Positions 39,733 through 48,969 of a stretch of DNA of 64,000 nucleotides are shown piece after piece. Position 1 is the stretch's first letter; every line of letters starts with the position of its first letter. A program made the translations under genes and the position numbers. Location of the stretch: positions 64,001 to 128,000 of the forward strand of contig CALXXY010000001.1 of the NCBI GenBank assembly GCA_944392815.1, read 5' to 3'. The notes under the pieces were generated by a model that did not search any database, was not told where the DNA came from, and saw nothing but the letters and a program-made list of their open reading frames with translations. The DNA is from an uncultured Alphaproteobacteria bacterium (GTDB lineage Bacteria; Pseudomonadota; Alphaproteobacteria; Rs-D84).

Positions 39733-40331
39733 TCGTCTGTTGTTCTGTAAATAGTATCCAATGTGTGCGGTGTGCCGATATAAATCATTGTACCGGTCGG
39801 CGACAAAATAAAATCCAATTCGCGCAGACGTTCACGCAATGTTTCCCGTTTTTGCGATGTGTTGCTGGTGTTGGGAACCTCGACATCGTCACATATAATC
39901 AAATCCGATCGCAGACCAGTAATGTTGCCGTGAATGCCCTGGCATATGACAGACGGTTCACGAATGCCAACCGGGCGATTTACGGTTATACGGCCACTGG
40001 CCCATTCTTTTTTTACGTCCGGGATTAAATCGGCACACATTGGGTGATTTTCCAATATGTGCCGAATATGCGACACCATACGTGACGCCAGGCCGTTTTC
40101 CGCAGACAGGATTAAAATCCTGGTGCTGGGGCGCATATGCAACACACATGCTGCAAAAATGCCAACAACTGTGGATTTGCCAGAATGCCTGAACGCCATC
40201 AGCAATCCACGATGCGGTGCGTCATTTAACACCGACACCAAAAATTCCATGATTTTTTTGTGGTGCGCCGGTGTGGTTAATCCCAAAACTTGGTTCCATG
40301 CGTCCAGGAAATTATAAAATTCGGCCAGCAT
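39729..40331 (-). CDS. Terminase large subunit, N-terminal ATPase half
   Basis: Walker A AFRHSGKST, ITGLRSD, Walker B LIICDDVE, coupling motif YIGTPH. Confidence 0.88.
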   Translation of the reverse strand: MLAEFYNFLDAWNQVLGLTTPAHHKKIMEFLVSVLNDAPHRGLLMAFRHSGKSTVVGIFAACVLHMRPSTRILILSAENGLASRMVSHIRHILENHPMCADLIPDVKKEWASGRITVNRPVGIREPSVICQGIHGNITGLRSDLIICDDVEVPNTSNTSQKRETLRERLRELDFILSPTGTMIYIGTPHTLDTIYRTTDD

Positions 40332-40336
40332 ATAAT

Positions 40337-40684
40337 TTAACCCAACAAATCGTCAAATTTATCCAATACCATTTGCAACAAATTTGGACGTGTGGCCCGA
40401 ATTTGTTTTAATTTTTCTGTGTTTGATTTACGTTTTTCGTCGTACGGTTTGGCGGTTTCTGATTTCAATCGCGCCAATACTGCACTGGTACTCATACTGC
40501 GGCCAGACGCCCCTGACGCACCGTATTTGGCACGTTGGGTTGCCAGTGTTTTTTTGACCAGATTCGTTTTTTCACGTGCGTCGGACGCCATGTCCGCCAA
40601 TATTTTTTGACGTTCATTTTCGGCCTGTTTTTTGGAATCGTTATATCCCAATACGGTCGTGACATCTGATACCAATTGTCCCAT
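40337..40684 (-). CDS. Putative internal virion/ejection protein (T7 gp14-like position)
   Basis: LATQRAKYGASG motif, small helical protein after tail tube B. Confidence 0.6.
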   Translation of the reverse strand: MGQLVSDVTTVLGYNDSKKQAENERQKILADMASDAREKTNLVKKTLATQRAKYGASGASGRSMSTSAVLARLKSETAKPYDEKRKSNTEKLKQIRATRPNLLQMVLDKFDDLLG

Positions 40685-40705
40685 TTTTATTTCCTTTGGT
40701 TAAAT

Positions 40706-42421
40706 TTATATTGTGTAATTTCCGTATACGCCAACAGACAAAATCGTTGTTGGCAACTGTTCGTTGCTGGATATTGTCCACGGCGCAGTTATGCAATTTT
40801 GCTGGGTTCCCAGTATATTGACTGATACGTCACCACTGTATCCAGGGGCGGCGGCGTCATATATATTATCTGGGAACGGGGCACGCATGCCGTTTATGAA
40901 CAAAGTTTTTGTATCCAGCGTACGCGCCACTATTTTTCTGATACGCAATTTACGCGCGTTATGGCCAGATGCCCGCACAGGCAACGCTGATGCTGTATAT
41001 GAAAAATCATATTGCGACGCATCAGATAATGCTGTATCGGAAAAAGTTTCCAAATAACACGTGTCGCCACGCGCAACAACCACGTATGTTTTGCCCGCTA
41101 TGGTGGCCACTGATTTAAATGTGCCGTCGGTTTTATATCGCGCCCATGCAGAAATGCCCAGCGCGGAATTTTGATTCAGTACCGCCATATTGCCGTCTGT
41201 CATTACAACAAACAATTGACGCGTGTTTTCGTTATACGATATGTCCGTGGGCGTGTTCATTAAATGTTTTGCCTGGGTACATAAATCACGCGCATTGTAA
41301 TTTTCACCCAATGCGTCCAGCGTTAATTCGCGAATGTCCTGTTCGGTGGCGGAAATAAATACTGTGGCACCTTCGATTTTTTGCGGCGGCAAATAACGCG
41401 TGGCAACGCTGCCGACTGATGTGTGTTGTTTGATTTCAATTGACGATGGGGTCAAAGGTTTGCTGGATATCGCCCATTCGCCTGAATTAGTCAAAATTTG
41501 CAAATTGTCACTGCTGACCAATGTGCAGATTTGTTGGCGCTGTTGCGATAATAATGTGACGAAAATAGATTCGTCGTCCAGGCCCGTGCCAACATTAAAA
41601 TTATTATACTGGCCCACCCGCGACGCCCATATACCACTGGGCCACGATGGGGTTCCGCCGAAAATCAATCTGTCTTGGTGATATGTGACACTGCACGGCC
41701 AACCGCGACGGTCGCTGAATGCGGATTCGTACCAATCTGTGACGGGGTCGGACGGCAAATTATATTGCGAATTTGTATACGCGTATACTACAGTCGGACT
41801 GACGTATTCCGTGATTCGCCACTGATTATTTAACAACAACAGGTACCCACCAACAGAATTTTGTGTCCAAAACGCTTTGTTGGTGGTAAATGTTGCCGTG
41901 TTATTGCCCGCGCTGTTTGCGGTCACGGTAATATTAATGGTCGCTGCGTCATCGAATTTCATGAATGGCATGTTTAATGTCATATCTGAATCATTGCGTT
42001 TGAATTCGAACGGAACCAATTCGAAATTCACAGATCCCATTTGTAAAATACAGGGCTGATATTTTGGGTGAACGAATATCATCGTGCCATTTCGCTGGGC
42101 ATATTGAATTTTCGGATAATCATCAAAATCCCATTCGAATAATAAATCACATATAACCGTTGCACCGTCGTATATCAACATATGCCCATCAGTCAATGCC
42201 AATATATAATTTTCTGTTTCACTGACTGAAAATGGTATCAGGCGCGCAGACGATGTTAATGTGTCAACTGTGGCCAAACCGCGGCGCCGGCGCAGTCCAC
42301 CACCAGCGATAACGTCCATATTTTCCAAATACGACAATCCGTTTAAATTATCGCGTGCGTAAAATTCCGGGGAAACTTCGCCGTCTGCGAACGAGTTTTG
42401 GGTTTTAATAAAATCTGTCAT
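40706..42421 (-). CDS. Tail tubular protein B / nozzle (podovirus-type)
   Basis: QNSFADGEVSP, GGLRRRRG, RLIPFS, GWPCSVTYHQDRLIFGG. Confidence 0.8.
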   Translation of the reverse strand: MTDFIKTQNSFADGEVSPEFYARDNLNGLSYLENMDVIAGGGLRRRRGLATVDTLTSSARLIPFSVSETENYILALTDGHMLIYDGATVICDLLFEWDFDDYPKIQYAQRNGTMIFVHPKYQPCILQMGSVNFELVPFEFKRNDSDMTLNMPFMKFDDAATINITVTANSAGNNTATFTTNKAFWTQNSVGGYLLLLNNQWRITEYVSPTVVYAYTNSQYNLPSDPVTDWYESAFSDRRGWPCSVTYHQDRLIFGGTPSWPSGIWASRVGQYNNFNVGTGLDDESIFVTLLSQQRQQICTLVSSDNLQILTNSGEWAISSKPLTPSSIEIKQHTSVGSVATRYLPPQKIEGATVFISATEQDIRELTLDALGENYNARDLCTQAKHLMNTPTDISYNENTRQLFVVMTDGNMAVLNQNSALGISAWARYKTDGTFKSVATIAGKTYVVVARGDTCYLETFSDTALSDASQYDFSYTASALPVRASGHNARKLRIRKIVARTLDTKTLFINGMRAPFPDNIYDAAAPGYSGDVSVNILGTQQNCITAPWTISSNEQLPTTILSVGVYGNYTI

Positions 42422-42436
42422 GTTGTACCCCCGATA

Positions 42437-42958
42437 TTAAAATCGAACGTTTATCAGTGAAAAATTTTCTATATTTTCATGGGCGGCCGACGATGCGCTG
42501 TCTATGAATTTCGCAGATTGTAATTCTGTTTCATACAAAGCCGCCAGCATGCGAAACACGTTTTGGTCGCCTGTTAAAGGAATGCAAAATTCCATTGCCA
42601 ATTTTGTTGCCGCCAAAGACGTAAAATATCCCGGAAATTTATCCGGCGCGACGCGGACTGTGGCGTTTATAGTAATATTTTCCGATGGCGATATTATTTC
42701 GTTGCCGATAATTTCACCACTGCATTTTAATATGCGCAAACATTCCGCCGGAATTATAAAATTTCCATCGCTGTTTTTGTTCAGTTTGAATTTTCGTGTG
42801 GCAAATCGCCATGGGTGCATGGCCAGCAATGTATCCACCACAGAATCATACAAAGTGCGCGACAATTGCGCAGCCGGTGTATCGTCTGTTAATGACTGGA
42901 TCGGCCGTTCCCCCAATTTCAGCAATGCCAAAGAACACAAATCTATTTTCGTTTGCAT
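42437..42958 (-). CDS. Tail tubular protein A / adaptor
   Basis: IDLCSLALLKLGERPIQSL, LLAMHPWRFA, PAECLR. Confidence 0.8.
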   Translation of the reverse strand: MQTKIDLCSLALLKLGERPIQSLTDDTPAAQLSRTLYDSVVDTLLAMHPWRFATRKFKLNKNSDGNFIIPAECLRILKCSGEIIGNEIISPSENITINATVRVAPDKFPGYFTSLAATKLAMEFCIPLTGDQNVFRMLAALYETELQSAKFIDSASSAAHENIENFSLINVRF

Positions 42959-42981
42959 AAATTCCCCCATAGGTCACAAAT

Positions 42982-43016
42982 AAAAATCCGGGGCAACAAC
43001 CTGCCCCGGTATAAAA
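42982..43016 (-). terminator. Intrinsic terminator after capsid and small capsid-associated gene
   Basis: ccggggca/tgccccgg hairpin followed by T-run on minus strand. Confidence 0.65.
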
Positions 43017-43019
43017 AAG

Positions 43020-43247
43020 TTATGACAATGCGCCAACCGTGATACTGTCACCAACTGTGACTGTTTTAATAGACGTTGCGTCCGACGCGTTTATGATAAC
43101 CATATCGCCCGTATTCATCAATGTTTTCACATCATCAAAATATCCAGACGCGCCGATTGTCGCCATCGTTTCGGCTGCGGCATAATGCCACAATGTAAAT
43201 CCGTTTGCATACGCAATTACGGACAGATTTTTATTTTGAAACGCCAT
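43020..43247 (-). CDS. Small conserved capsid-associated protein
   Basis: NLSVIAYANGFTLWHY...GYF..GD; directly after capsid; AAGGA RBS. Confidence 0.7.
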   Translation of the reverse strand: MAFQNKNLSVIAYANGFTLWHYAAAETMATIGASGYFDDVKTLMNTGDMVIINASDATSIKTVTVGDSITVGALS

Positions 43248-43279
43248 TGATTTTTTCCTTTGTATTTATTGGTTGTTAA

Positions 43280-44098
43280 TTAATCTTTGCATTTGATACG
43301 AACGATACCAGTGTCGTCAATCATGACTGCGCCCTGGGACATGCTGTTGCTGATGAAATGAGCCGCCCGTTCGCCGTGCCATGAAATATCTGTTTTTACT
43401 TCCTGGCCACAGGCATGACCGATGCTGGTTGCGTGATACATGAAACAGTCACGCTTGGACGTGTCCGACAACGGTAAATCGTTGTACAGAACCCATGTTA
43501 TGCCCAACCACTGTTTGGACGCCCCGCCAGATATCAATGGCAGATTGTCGCCCACGTAATCGCCGGATACAAATTCATCTATCCCCAGCAATTCATTCCA
43601 TTGGTGCACGCCAATGACTGCAAATCTGCGGCCATCATCGGGAACATCGTTTTCATTTAACACTTCCAATGCGGACAAAATTAAATCTTTGGTCAGACCG
43701 GTTGAATAATCGCCCACAGATGTTGTGGCGGACGACATTGCGCCAACAATCAATTCGTCTGTTTTGCGCCCCAGTGCATACGCACCAGCAGACGCAACAA
43801 CACGACGTTCGTCAATGTTGGTTTTTAATTCGTCCAATGCGTCAACCCAATCACCCGCATAATAGTCCTGCAAAATACATTCCACAGGTTCGTGATTCAA
43901 ATTCATCACAGGCACAATACCGTGACGCGATTTTGTGCTGGCGGTGCCACGACCAACCTTTTGGAAAGTGGTGGACGCACCGACAACCCCAGATTTGCTG
44001 CGTACCGTGGCACGCAGTTTTGTGCCCATTTGCTGATATGCCAAATGGACGTCGGCTTCGAACTGTTTGACAAAGACCTGATCAACTGAAACAGACAT
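43280..44098 (-). CDS. Major capsid protein
   Basis: FVKQFEADVHLAYQQMGTKLR, DWVDALDELK, AYALGRKTDELI, NDVPDDGR, GAVMID. Confidence 0.87.
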   Translation of the reverse strand: MSVSVDQVFVKQFEADVHLAYQQMGTKLRATVRSKSGVVGASTTFQKVGRGTASTKSRHGIVPVMNLNHEPVECILQDYYAGDWVDALDELKTNIDERRVVASAGAYALGRKTDELIVGAMSSATTSVGDYSTGLTKDLILSALEVLNENDVPDDGRRFAVIGVHQWNELLGIDEFVSGDYVGDNLPLISGGASKQWLGITWVLYNDLPLSDTSKRDCFMYHATSIGHACGQEVKTDISWHGERAAHFISNSMSQGAVMIDDTGIVRIKCKD

Positions 44099-44295
44099 TA
44101 TTAATTTCCTTTTGCTGTAAAAAATAAAAAAAGACGTAATAAAAAATTACGTCGGTAAATTTTATGATTATGGTTGTGCACATAAACATATGCGCCATAT
44201 ACATAAAACAAATTGGGTCCGTTATCGGATTGTCCAAAAAAATATTCAATCAGACGAAATAAAATCTGATTGAATATTTTATGCGGGGGCAATTA

Positions 44296-44320
44296 AAAAT
44301 CCCCGGAATTCCGGGGATTA
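44296..44320 (-). terminator. Hairpin terminator after histone-like gene
   Basis: aatccccgg-aatt-ccggggatt with T-run on minus strand. Confidence 0.65.
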
Positions 44321-44322
44321 TA

Positions 44323-44676
44323 TTATTTTTTCTTTGCACATGCTTTTTTTACCGGTTTTTTCGCAACAACTTTTTTTGCGACCGGTTTTTTCGCTGCTAC
44401 TTTTTTAACAGCAACTTTTTTTGCAGGTGCTTTTTTAGCAACAACTTTTTTTGCAACTGGTTTTTTCACCGCTGCTTTTTTAGCAACTGGTTTTTTCGCT
44501 GCAACTGGTTTTTTAACTGCTACTTTTTTAGCAACAGGTTTTTTTGCAACAACTTTTTTTGCTGCTGGTTTTTTGGCAAGTGCTTTTTTAGCAACTGGTT
44601 TCTTTGCAACCGGTTTGGCAGCCGGCTTTTTCGCGGCGGCTTTCTTTGCGGCTGGTTTCAAGAATGTGAATGCCAT
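44323..44676 (-). CDS. Histone H1-like Lys/Ala/Val/Pro-rich DNA-binding protein (Hc2-like)
   Basis: ~20 [10 protein letters not shown] pentapeptide repeats; AAGGAG RBS before MAFTFLK. Confidence 0.85.
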   Translation of the reverse strand: MAFTFLKPAAKKAAAKKPAAKPVAKKPVAKKALAKKPAAKKVVAKKPVAKKVAVKKPVAAKKPVAKKAAVKKPVAKKVVAKKAPAKKVAVKKVAAKKPVAKKVVAKKPVKKACAKKK

Positions 44677-44780
44677 TCTTCTCTCCTTTTTATTTTTTGG
44701 ATAGAACAAATTTCTTTTGTTCTTACTTTTATTTTATATGAAAGAAAAAAAATAGTAAAGAAGAAAGTGCATTTTTTTCA

Positions 44781-45437
44781 TCACGAATATAATTTTTTAA
44801 ATCCATTTTCAATTTTGCGAACGTATTCTGGATCCATATCGCGCCAATATTTTGGATCGCGCATCATGCGACGCAGTTCATCATCTGTTAAATTTTTTTG
44901 TGGCGCATCATTGGTTTCAATCGATGGTTCCATCGTTTGCATCATCGCGTAAATGCTGCGGATTCCCTGGGGTGTAGCGCACAGAGTTTCAAACGCATCA
45001 CGTGGTAAATATTTTTCGCCGAACGAATTTATTGCATTTAATGCGTCACACATTTTTTGTTCATCGCCGAAAAAATTTTTTAATTCACTGATTGCATTTG
45101 TTTCATTTTGCACATCAAATAATTCTGATAACACAGGTGTTAAAAATTCTTCTGCGATACGATAAATTTGTTCAACCTGGGACGAAGTTAATCCAATTTC
45201 AAAAAATTTTTCGCGCAACGATTCGTCATCAAACAATTCATTTGTCGGATATTCAGACGAATCATTTGGCACACCAATTGCACGATTAAATTTGGCACGT
45301 GTGTCTGCATCGCTGTCTGCGTTTGGCACAGAAACCATCGTTCCGATTTTCTTTTCCAATTCAGAATATGATTTTAATAATGCGGCTGTGTTTAATGTAC
45401 CGTCTTTATTCAGAAATTTTTCTGGAATGTTTTCCAT
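44781..45437 (-). CDS. Capsid assembly/scaffolding protein
   Basis: IPEKF..LLKSYSELEKK, C-terminal MMRDPKYWRD..F.KLY; upstream of capsid. Confidence 0.78.
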   Translation of the reverse strand: MENIPEKFLNKDGTLNTAALLKSYSELEKKIGTMVSVPNADSDADTRAKFNRAIGVPNDSSEYPTNELFDDESLREKFFEIGLTSSQVEQIYRIAEEFLTPVLSELFDVQNETNAISELKNFFGDEQKMCDALNAINSFGEKYLPRDAFETLCATPQGIRSIYAMMQTMEPSIETNDAPQKNLTDDELRRMMRDPKYWRDMDPEYVRKIENGFKKLYS

Positions 45438-45627
45438 TTGTGTTCCTTTTGTTTTCGCTGGATTTACGCAGAAAATAAATTCCGCCCAATGTAAATATTG
45501 ATTGCAGCATTGTGAATATATCTGTATCACCAACCAAATACGCGCCCAGTGCTGATAATATTCCAATGCTTGATATTATGTATGTTCTGTGTCCGGATAA
45601 AAATCCGCCACTGATAATTTTTTTCAT
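45406..45627 (-). CDS. Holin-like small membrane protein
   Basis: GHRTYI + two TM segments + basic tail; next to hydrolase. Confidence 0.6.
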   Translation of the reverse strand: MKKIISGGFLSGHRTYIISSIGILSALGAYLVGDTDIFTMLQSIFTLGGIYFLRKSSENKRNTNGKHSRKISE

Positions 45628-45644
45628 AACCTGTCCATTTTGTA

Positions 45645-46055
45645 TTACAGATAAAACAACAATCCATCTATGTCGGCGATATACCCACGCGCAGTCGCCC
45701 AATCTGGTATCAATCCATCATGGTGAAAACGCGTCGCGCCATTGCAACAATCCGGCAACAGGCCATGCAACATTCTGCGTGCCACGCGCACACACATTTG
45801 AAATCCGGAATCTGTCGACGTCACAGACAATAATTCATTATCCGGTGATGCAGGATTTAACACTGGGAATAAATCTGCGTCCAATGCGACGTCCACAACA
45901 CATCTGTGCGTGGCCACCGCGGAATTATAAATCATGGACGTTAACGCTTCGACCACACGCAATGATACAGCGTGTGTTTCTGCATATACTGTACGCGCAA
46001 TTTTATACGCCACAGATTGCAATTCATCTGTGTTTTTAATTAATGTCAATTGCAT
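45645..46055 (-). CDS. SleB/Hydrolase_2-like cell wall hydrolase (divergent)
   Basis: IARTVYAE, GATRFH, PDWA, LLFY motifs. Confidence 0.7.
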   Translation of the reverse strand: MQLTLIKNTDELQSVAYKIARTVYAETHAVSLRVVEALTSMIYNSAVATHRCVVDVALDADLFPVLNPASPDNELLSVTSTDSGFQMCVRVARRMLHGLLPDCCNGATRFHHDGLIPDWATARGYIADIDGLLFYL

Positions 46056-46168
46056 GTGCTGAATGCCCCTGTGATTGTTGAAATAAAAAATGGGCCGCAA
46101 CAAAGTGCGACCCAAAATAAAAATCCGCCGGTTTCCCGCGGACATACTTTTACCTGTTCATGCGTTCT

Positions 46169-46197
46169 ATAGTATCATATTTGAACACAAAAGTCAA
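46169..46197 (-). promoter_or_regulatory. Sigma70-like promoter at head of virion module
   Basis: TTGACT-17bp-TACTAT on minus strand. Confidence 0.55.
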
Positions 46198-46208
46198 GAA
46201 AATAATTT

Positions 46209-46889
46209 TTACATGCTGATTTCGTCACCATAGGCCAGCATATAACGCGACCCATTTCGCAGCACCAGCGCACCATTTTCATTTATTCCAATCAGTTCAA
46301 CATTATCACCGCGATATTTTACGATTTTATTTAATCCTGTGGCCAAATCCATCCAGCGCGCGCGCACCAATGGAAAATCTGCACGCCGCCATTTGTCCAA
46401 ATTTTTCATAAGTTTATTTAACAATTCCGTTTTATCCACAGACGCATAATTATCCAATTTTGTCGTTTTATACTGTGGTACGGTCGGATTTGTTTTTATA
46501 TTAATTCCAATACCCACAATGACAAAACGTGCGGCGTATTCGATTAAAATCCCACACACCTTGGCCCCGTCTATTAATATATCGTTTGGCCATTTAATTT
46601 TGGGGTGAATGCCGAACGCAATCAATGTTTCCGCCACCGCCACCGCAACAACATATGACAGACGCGGATCACGTTCGTCGCATTCAAAAATAAAACTGAC
46701 GTACAAATTACCATGATGCGACACCCATGTGCGTTGATACCGACCGCGGCCCGCGGATTGCGCCTGGGCCATGATGACGGTATGATCGCGGGCCTGGCCC
46801 ATGGCGACCAGTTCCAGTGCATATGTTTGCGTGCTGGGGATTTTATCAAACGAAATTAATTTATATCCGGCCAAGTTTATATACCCCAT
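46209..46889 (-). CDS. birA: Biotin--[acetyl-CoA-carboxylase] ligase
   Basis: QSAGRGR, KWPNDIL, KVCGILIE, GIGIN; no HTH domain. Confidence 0.93.
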   Translation of the reverse strand: MGYINLAGYKLISFDKIPSTQTYALELVAMGQARDHTVIMAQAQSAGRGRYQRTWVSHHGNLYVSFIFECDERDPRLSYVVAVAVAETLIAFGIHPKIKWPNDILIDGAKVCGILIEYAARFVIVGIGINIKTNPTVPQYKTTKLDNYASVDKTELLNKLMKNLDKWRRADFPLVRARWMDLATGLNKIVKYRGDNVELIGINENGALVLRNGSRYMLAYGDEISM

Positions 46890-47283
46890 CTGAATTTATT
46901 ATGAAATCACGCCCGAACGTTTTGCGCAATTGATATATAGACGTATCCACTGTATGCGTTGTGGCGTTCGGGGAATATCCCAACGCGGTCCGCAAATCAG
47001 ACGCCGACATTCCGCCCGTTTTATGCAACAGCAACACTATTTGCGCCTGGGTATACGGCAAATGAACGCTGCGGCCAAAAATCTGGTGCAGTTGTTGAAT
47101 GTTGCCATCAATTGCGTTTTGTATGGCGGTTTTAATCGCGATTGGCGTGGCCGGCATATTTATGTCCAGCCCATCAAAATCCACGCATGTGGCGTCCATG
47201 ACGTCGGACACAGTCGCACCGAATTCAGATAAAATCTGGCGCCAAACTGGGTCTGATGAAAAAATTTTTATTCCGTTTAACAT
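46861..47283 (-). CDS. OmpR-type winged-helix domain protein lacking a full receiver domain
   Basis: LGYSPNATTHTVDTSIYQLRK..I..GVYKL. Confidence 0.75.
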   Translation of the reverse strand: MLNGIKIFSSDPVWRQILSEFGATVSDVMDATCVDFDGLDINMPATPIAIKTAIQNAIDGNIQQLHQIFGRSVHLPYTQAQIVLLLHKTGGMSASDLRTALGYSPNATTHTVDTSIYQLRKTFGRDFIINSDGVYKLGRI

Positions 47284-47376
47284 CTGCTATCCCCAGAATA
47301 ATAAATGCCTGCCCCATTGTCCAACAAAAAAGACCGCGTTATATTCCGCGGTCAGATGTATCCAAAACGCATGGCG

Positions 47377-47625
47377 TTATCGGTCGTGACCAGTATTTTG
47401 CGGTTCTATGAATTTGGTAAAATCCTGGATACTGGCACCAGTTGACGACAAAATTTTTGAAATACTGTTTGTCGACGGCCAGCGCGGTTGGCCTTCTTTG
47501 GACCAACGTTTGCTTTTGTTGAATGTGGTTGGGTCCAAACCACTGCATTTCGCCAGCCCAGAACAAGACATACCATGTTCGGTTGCAAAGCGTTCTATGG
47601 CCCGCCAGACATCTTCGTGTGTCAT
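47377..47625 (-). CDS. Stand-alone HTH regulator (N-terminal domain of alphaproteobacterial HTH-S24 family), copy 1
   Basis: HEDVWRAI..SGLAK..GLDPTTFNKSKR..G.PRWPST. Confidence 0.85.
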   Translation of the reverse strand: MTHEDVWRAIERFATEHGMSCSGLAKCSGLDPTTFNKSKRWSKEGQPRWPSTNSISKILSSTGASIQDFTKFIEPQNTGHDR

Positions 47626-47833
47626 TTTCTCTCTCCTGTGGTTAAATTTGGGGCATATGCTCGCTGTGGGACATATGTCTGGTATTGATTTTATTCCAGT
47701 TCACACCCACAGACAACAAGGACCATTTCCTATTTCCGCAGAAATCCGGGGTTTCTGTTCCTAAAAATAACACTAAAAAATAAATTTGACAAAAATACTT
47801 GACAAATAGCAATTTATGTATTACATTTCGATT

Positions 47834-48025
47834 CGTCAAAGGGGGCAACCCCTGCGGCTGGGTTGAAAAACCCATATTGGGGTTCAGGGATTCAGACTCC
47901 CTCCTACATTCTCTCTCCTCTGGACTCTGGACCCCAAATTCAGTTTAGAATGCCCATTTCTTTTTCTCCTTTCCTTCCTTTCGGGGCATTCGGAAACACC
48001 GGCGGGCAACCGCCGGCGTTTTTTG
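47834..48025 (+). ncRNA. Candidate sRNA with CU-rich anti-Shine-Dalgarno loops
   Basis: TTGACA-17-TACATT promoter (47799-47827), tandem hairpins with pyrimidine loops, GC-rich terminator with T-run. Confidence 0.65.
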
Positions 48026-48036
48026 TATTTATAAAA

Positions 48037-48963
48037 TTATTTGGAAAATACAGAAAATAATTCCCAATGCGCGCTGCCGACAAATTGGTCGATTGGGACT
48101 AACGTTGTCATTTTATATCCGCCACGTGTCAATATATTTGAATCACGCCGCCAGGTCGCTGGATTGCACGACACATATATCACCCGCGACACACGGCTGT
48201 TGACGAGTTCCCTGCATTGGGCGAACGCGCCGGCACGCGGCGGGTCCATAACCACACAATCATATTGATTTAACATACCAACAGTCAACGGGTGGGTAAA
48301 CAAATCGCGTTTCATGCCCGCGCCCATTATGTCAAAACCATCGGCATTTAACGCAAATGTAAAATTCCCCAGTCCACAGAACAAATCTGCCACGCGCGTG
48401 CACCCCTGGGCCGCGGCAACCACCATATCACGCATGGCACGTTCACTGGCAACCGTTGGTTGCAAAAACGCGTTTGGTGGGTATTCCACACTGTGGCCGT
48501 CAAAATCAATTATCGGTGTGGCGCGTTGCATAACCGTGCGATTGCCCCATGTAAAACGTATCACGCCGGGTAGTTTTTCAACCGCATTCTTTAATTCCGA
48601 TGAAAAATACGGCACCACAGACGTCACGGCCACATCAATACCATTTTCGCACAGCGTGACCAGGCATGCCCCCGCCCCACCCCACGGCAATGCCGCCAGG
48701 CGCGGAATAATCGCGTTGATTTCTGGGCACAGCAACGGGCACGCGCCAATTTTGACTATATTTTTAGAACGATGTTGATAAAAACCAAACGCGCCGTCCG
48801 CAAATGCGAAATCTGCACGTCTGCGGGTGGCGGGCGGCGTCCACACAGGGGCGCCCGTTATTGGCAATGCTGATATTTCTGATAATTTTTTATCATGATA
48901 ATCTGGGGCCGCAAAATCATATTTGCAACCACCACAAACACCAAAAAACGGACACGTTTTCAT
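48037..48963 (-). CDS. RNA (uracil-5-)methyltransferase, RlmD/TrmA family, compact
   Basis: CPFFGVCGGC, AFLQ, DLFCGLG, DPPRAG, YVSCNP, DQF..HWE. Confidence 0.88.
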   Translation of the reverse strand: MKTCPFFGVCGGCKYDFAAPDYHDKKLSEISALPITGAPVWTPPATRRRADFAFADGAFGFYQHRSKNIVKIGACPLLCPEINAIIPRLAALPWGGAGACLVTLCENGIDVAVTSVVPYFSSELKNAVEKLPGVIRFTWGNRTVMQRATPIIDFDGHSVEYPPNAFLQPTVASERAMRDMVVAAAQGCTRVADLFCGLGNFTFALNADGFDIMGAGMKRDLFTHPLTVGMLNQYDCVVMDPPRAGAFAQCRELVNSRVSRVIYVSCNPATWRRDSNILTRGGYKMTTLVPIDQFVGSAHWELFSVFSK

Positions 48964-48969
48964 ATTATA

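Noticed and set aside
44281-44952. 223-aa Phe/Cys-rich ORF
   Set aside because: Antisense shadow of the lysine-rich histone-like repeat gene.
46150-46190. Alphaproteobacterial LexA box at the module promoter
   Set aside because: GTTC repeats are spaced by 4 nt, not the GTTC-N7-GTTC consensus.
33837-46197. Ordinary intact prophage
   Set aside because: No integrase, att repeats, replication or immunity module, and essential dnaB is embedded.
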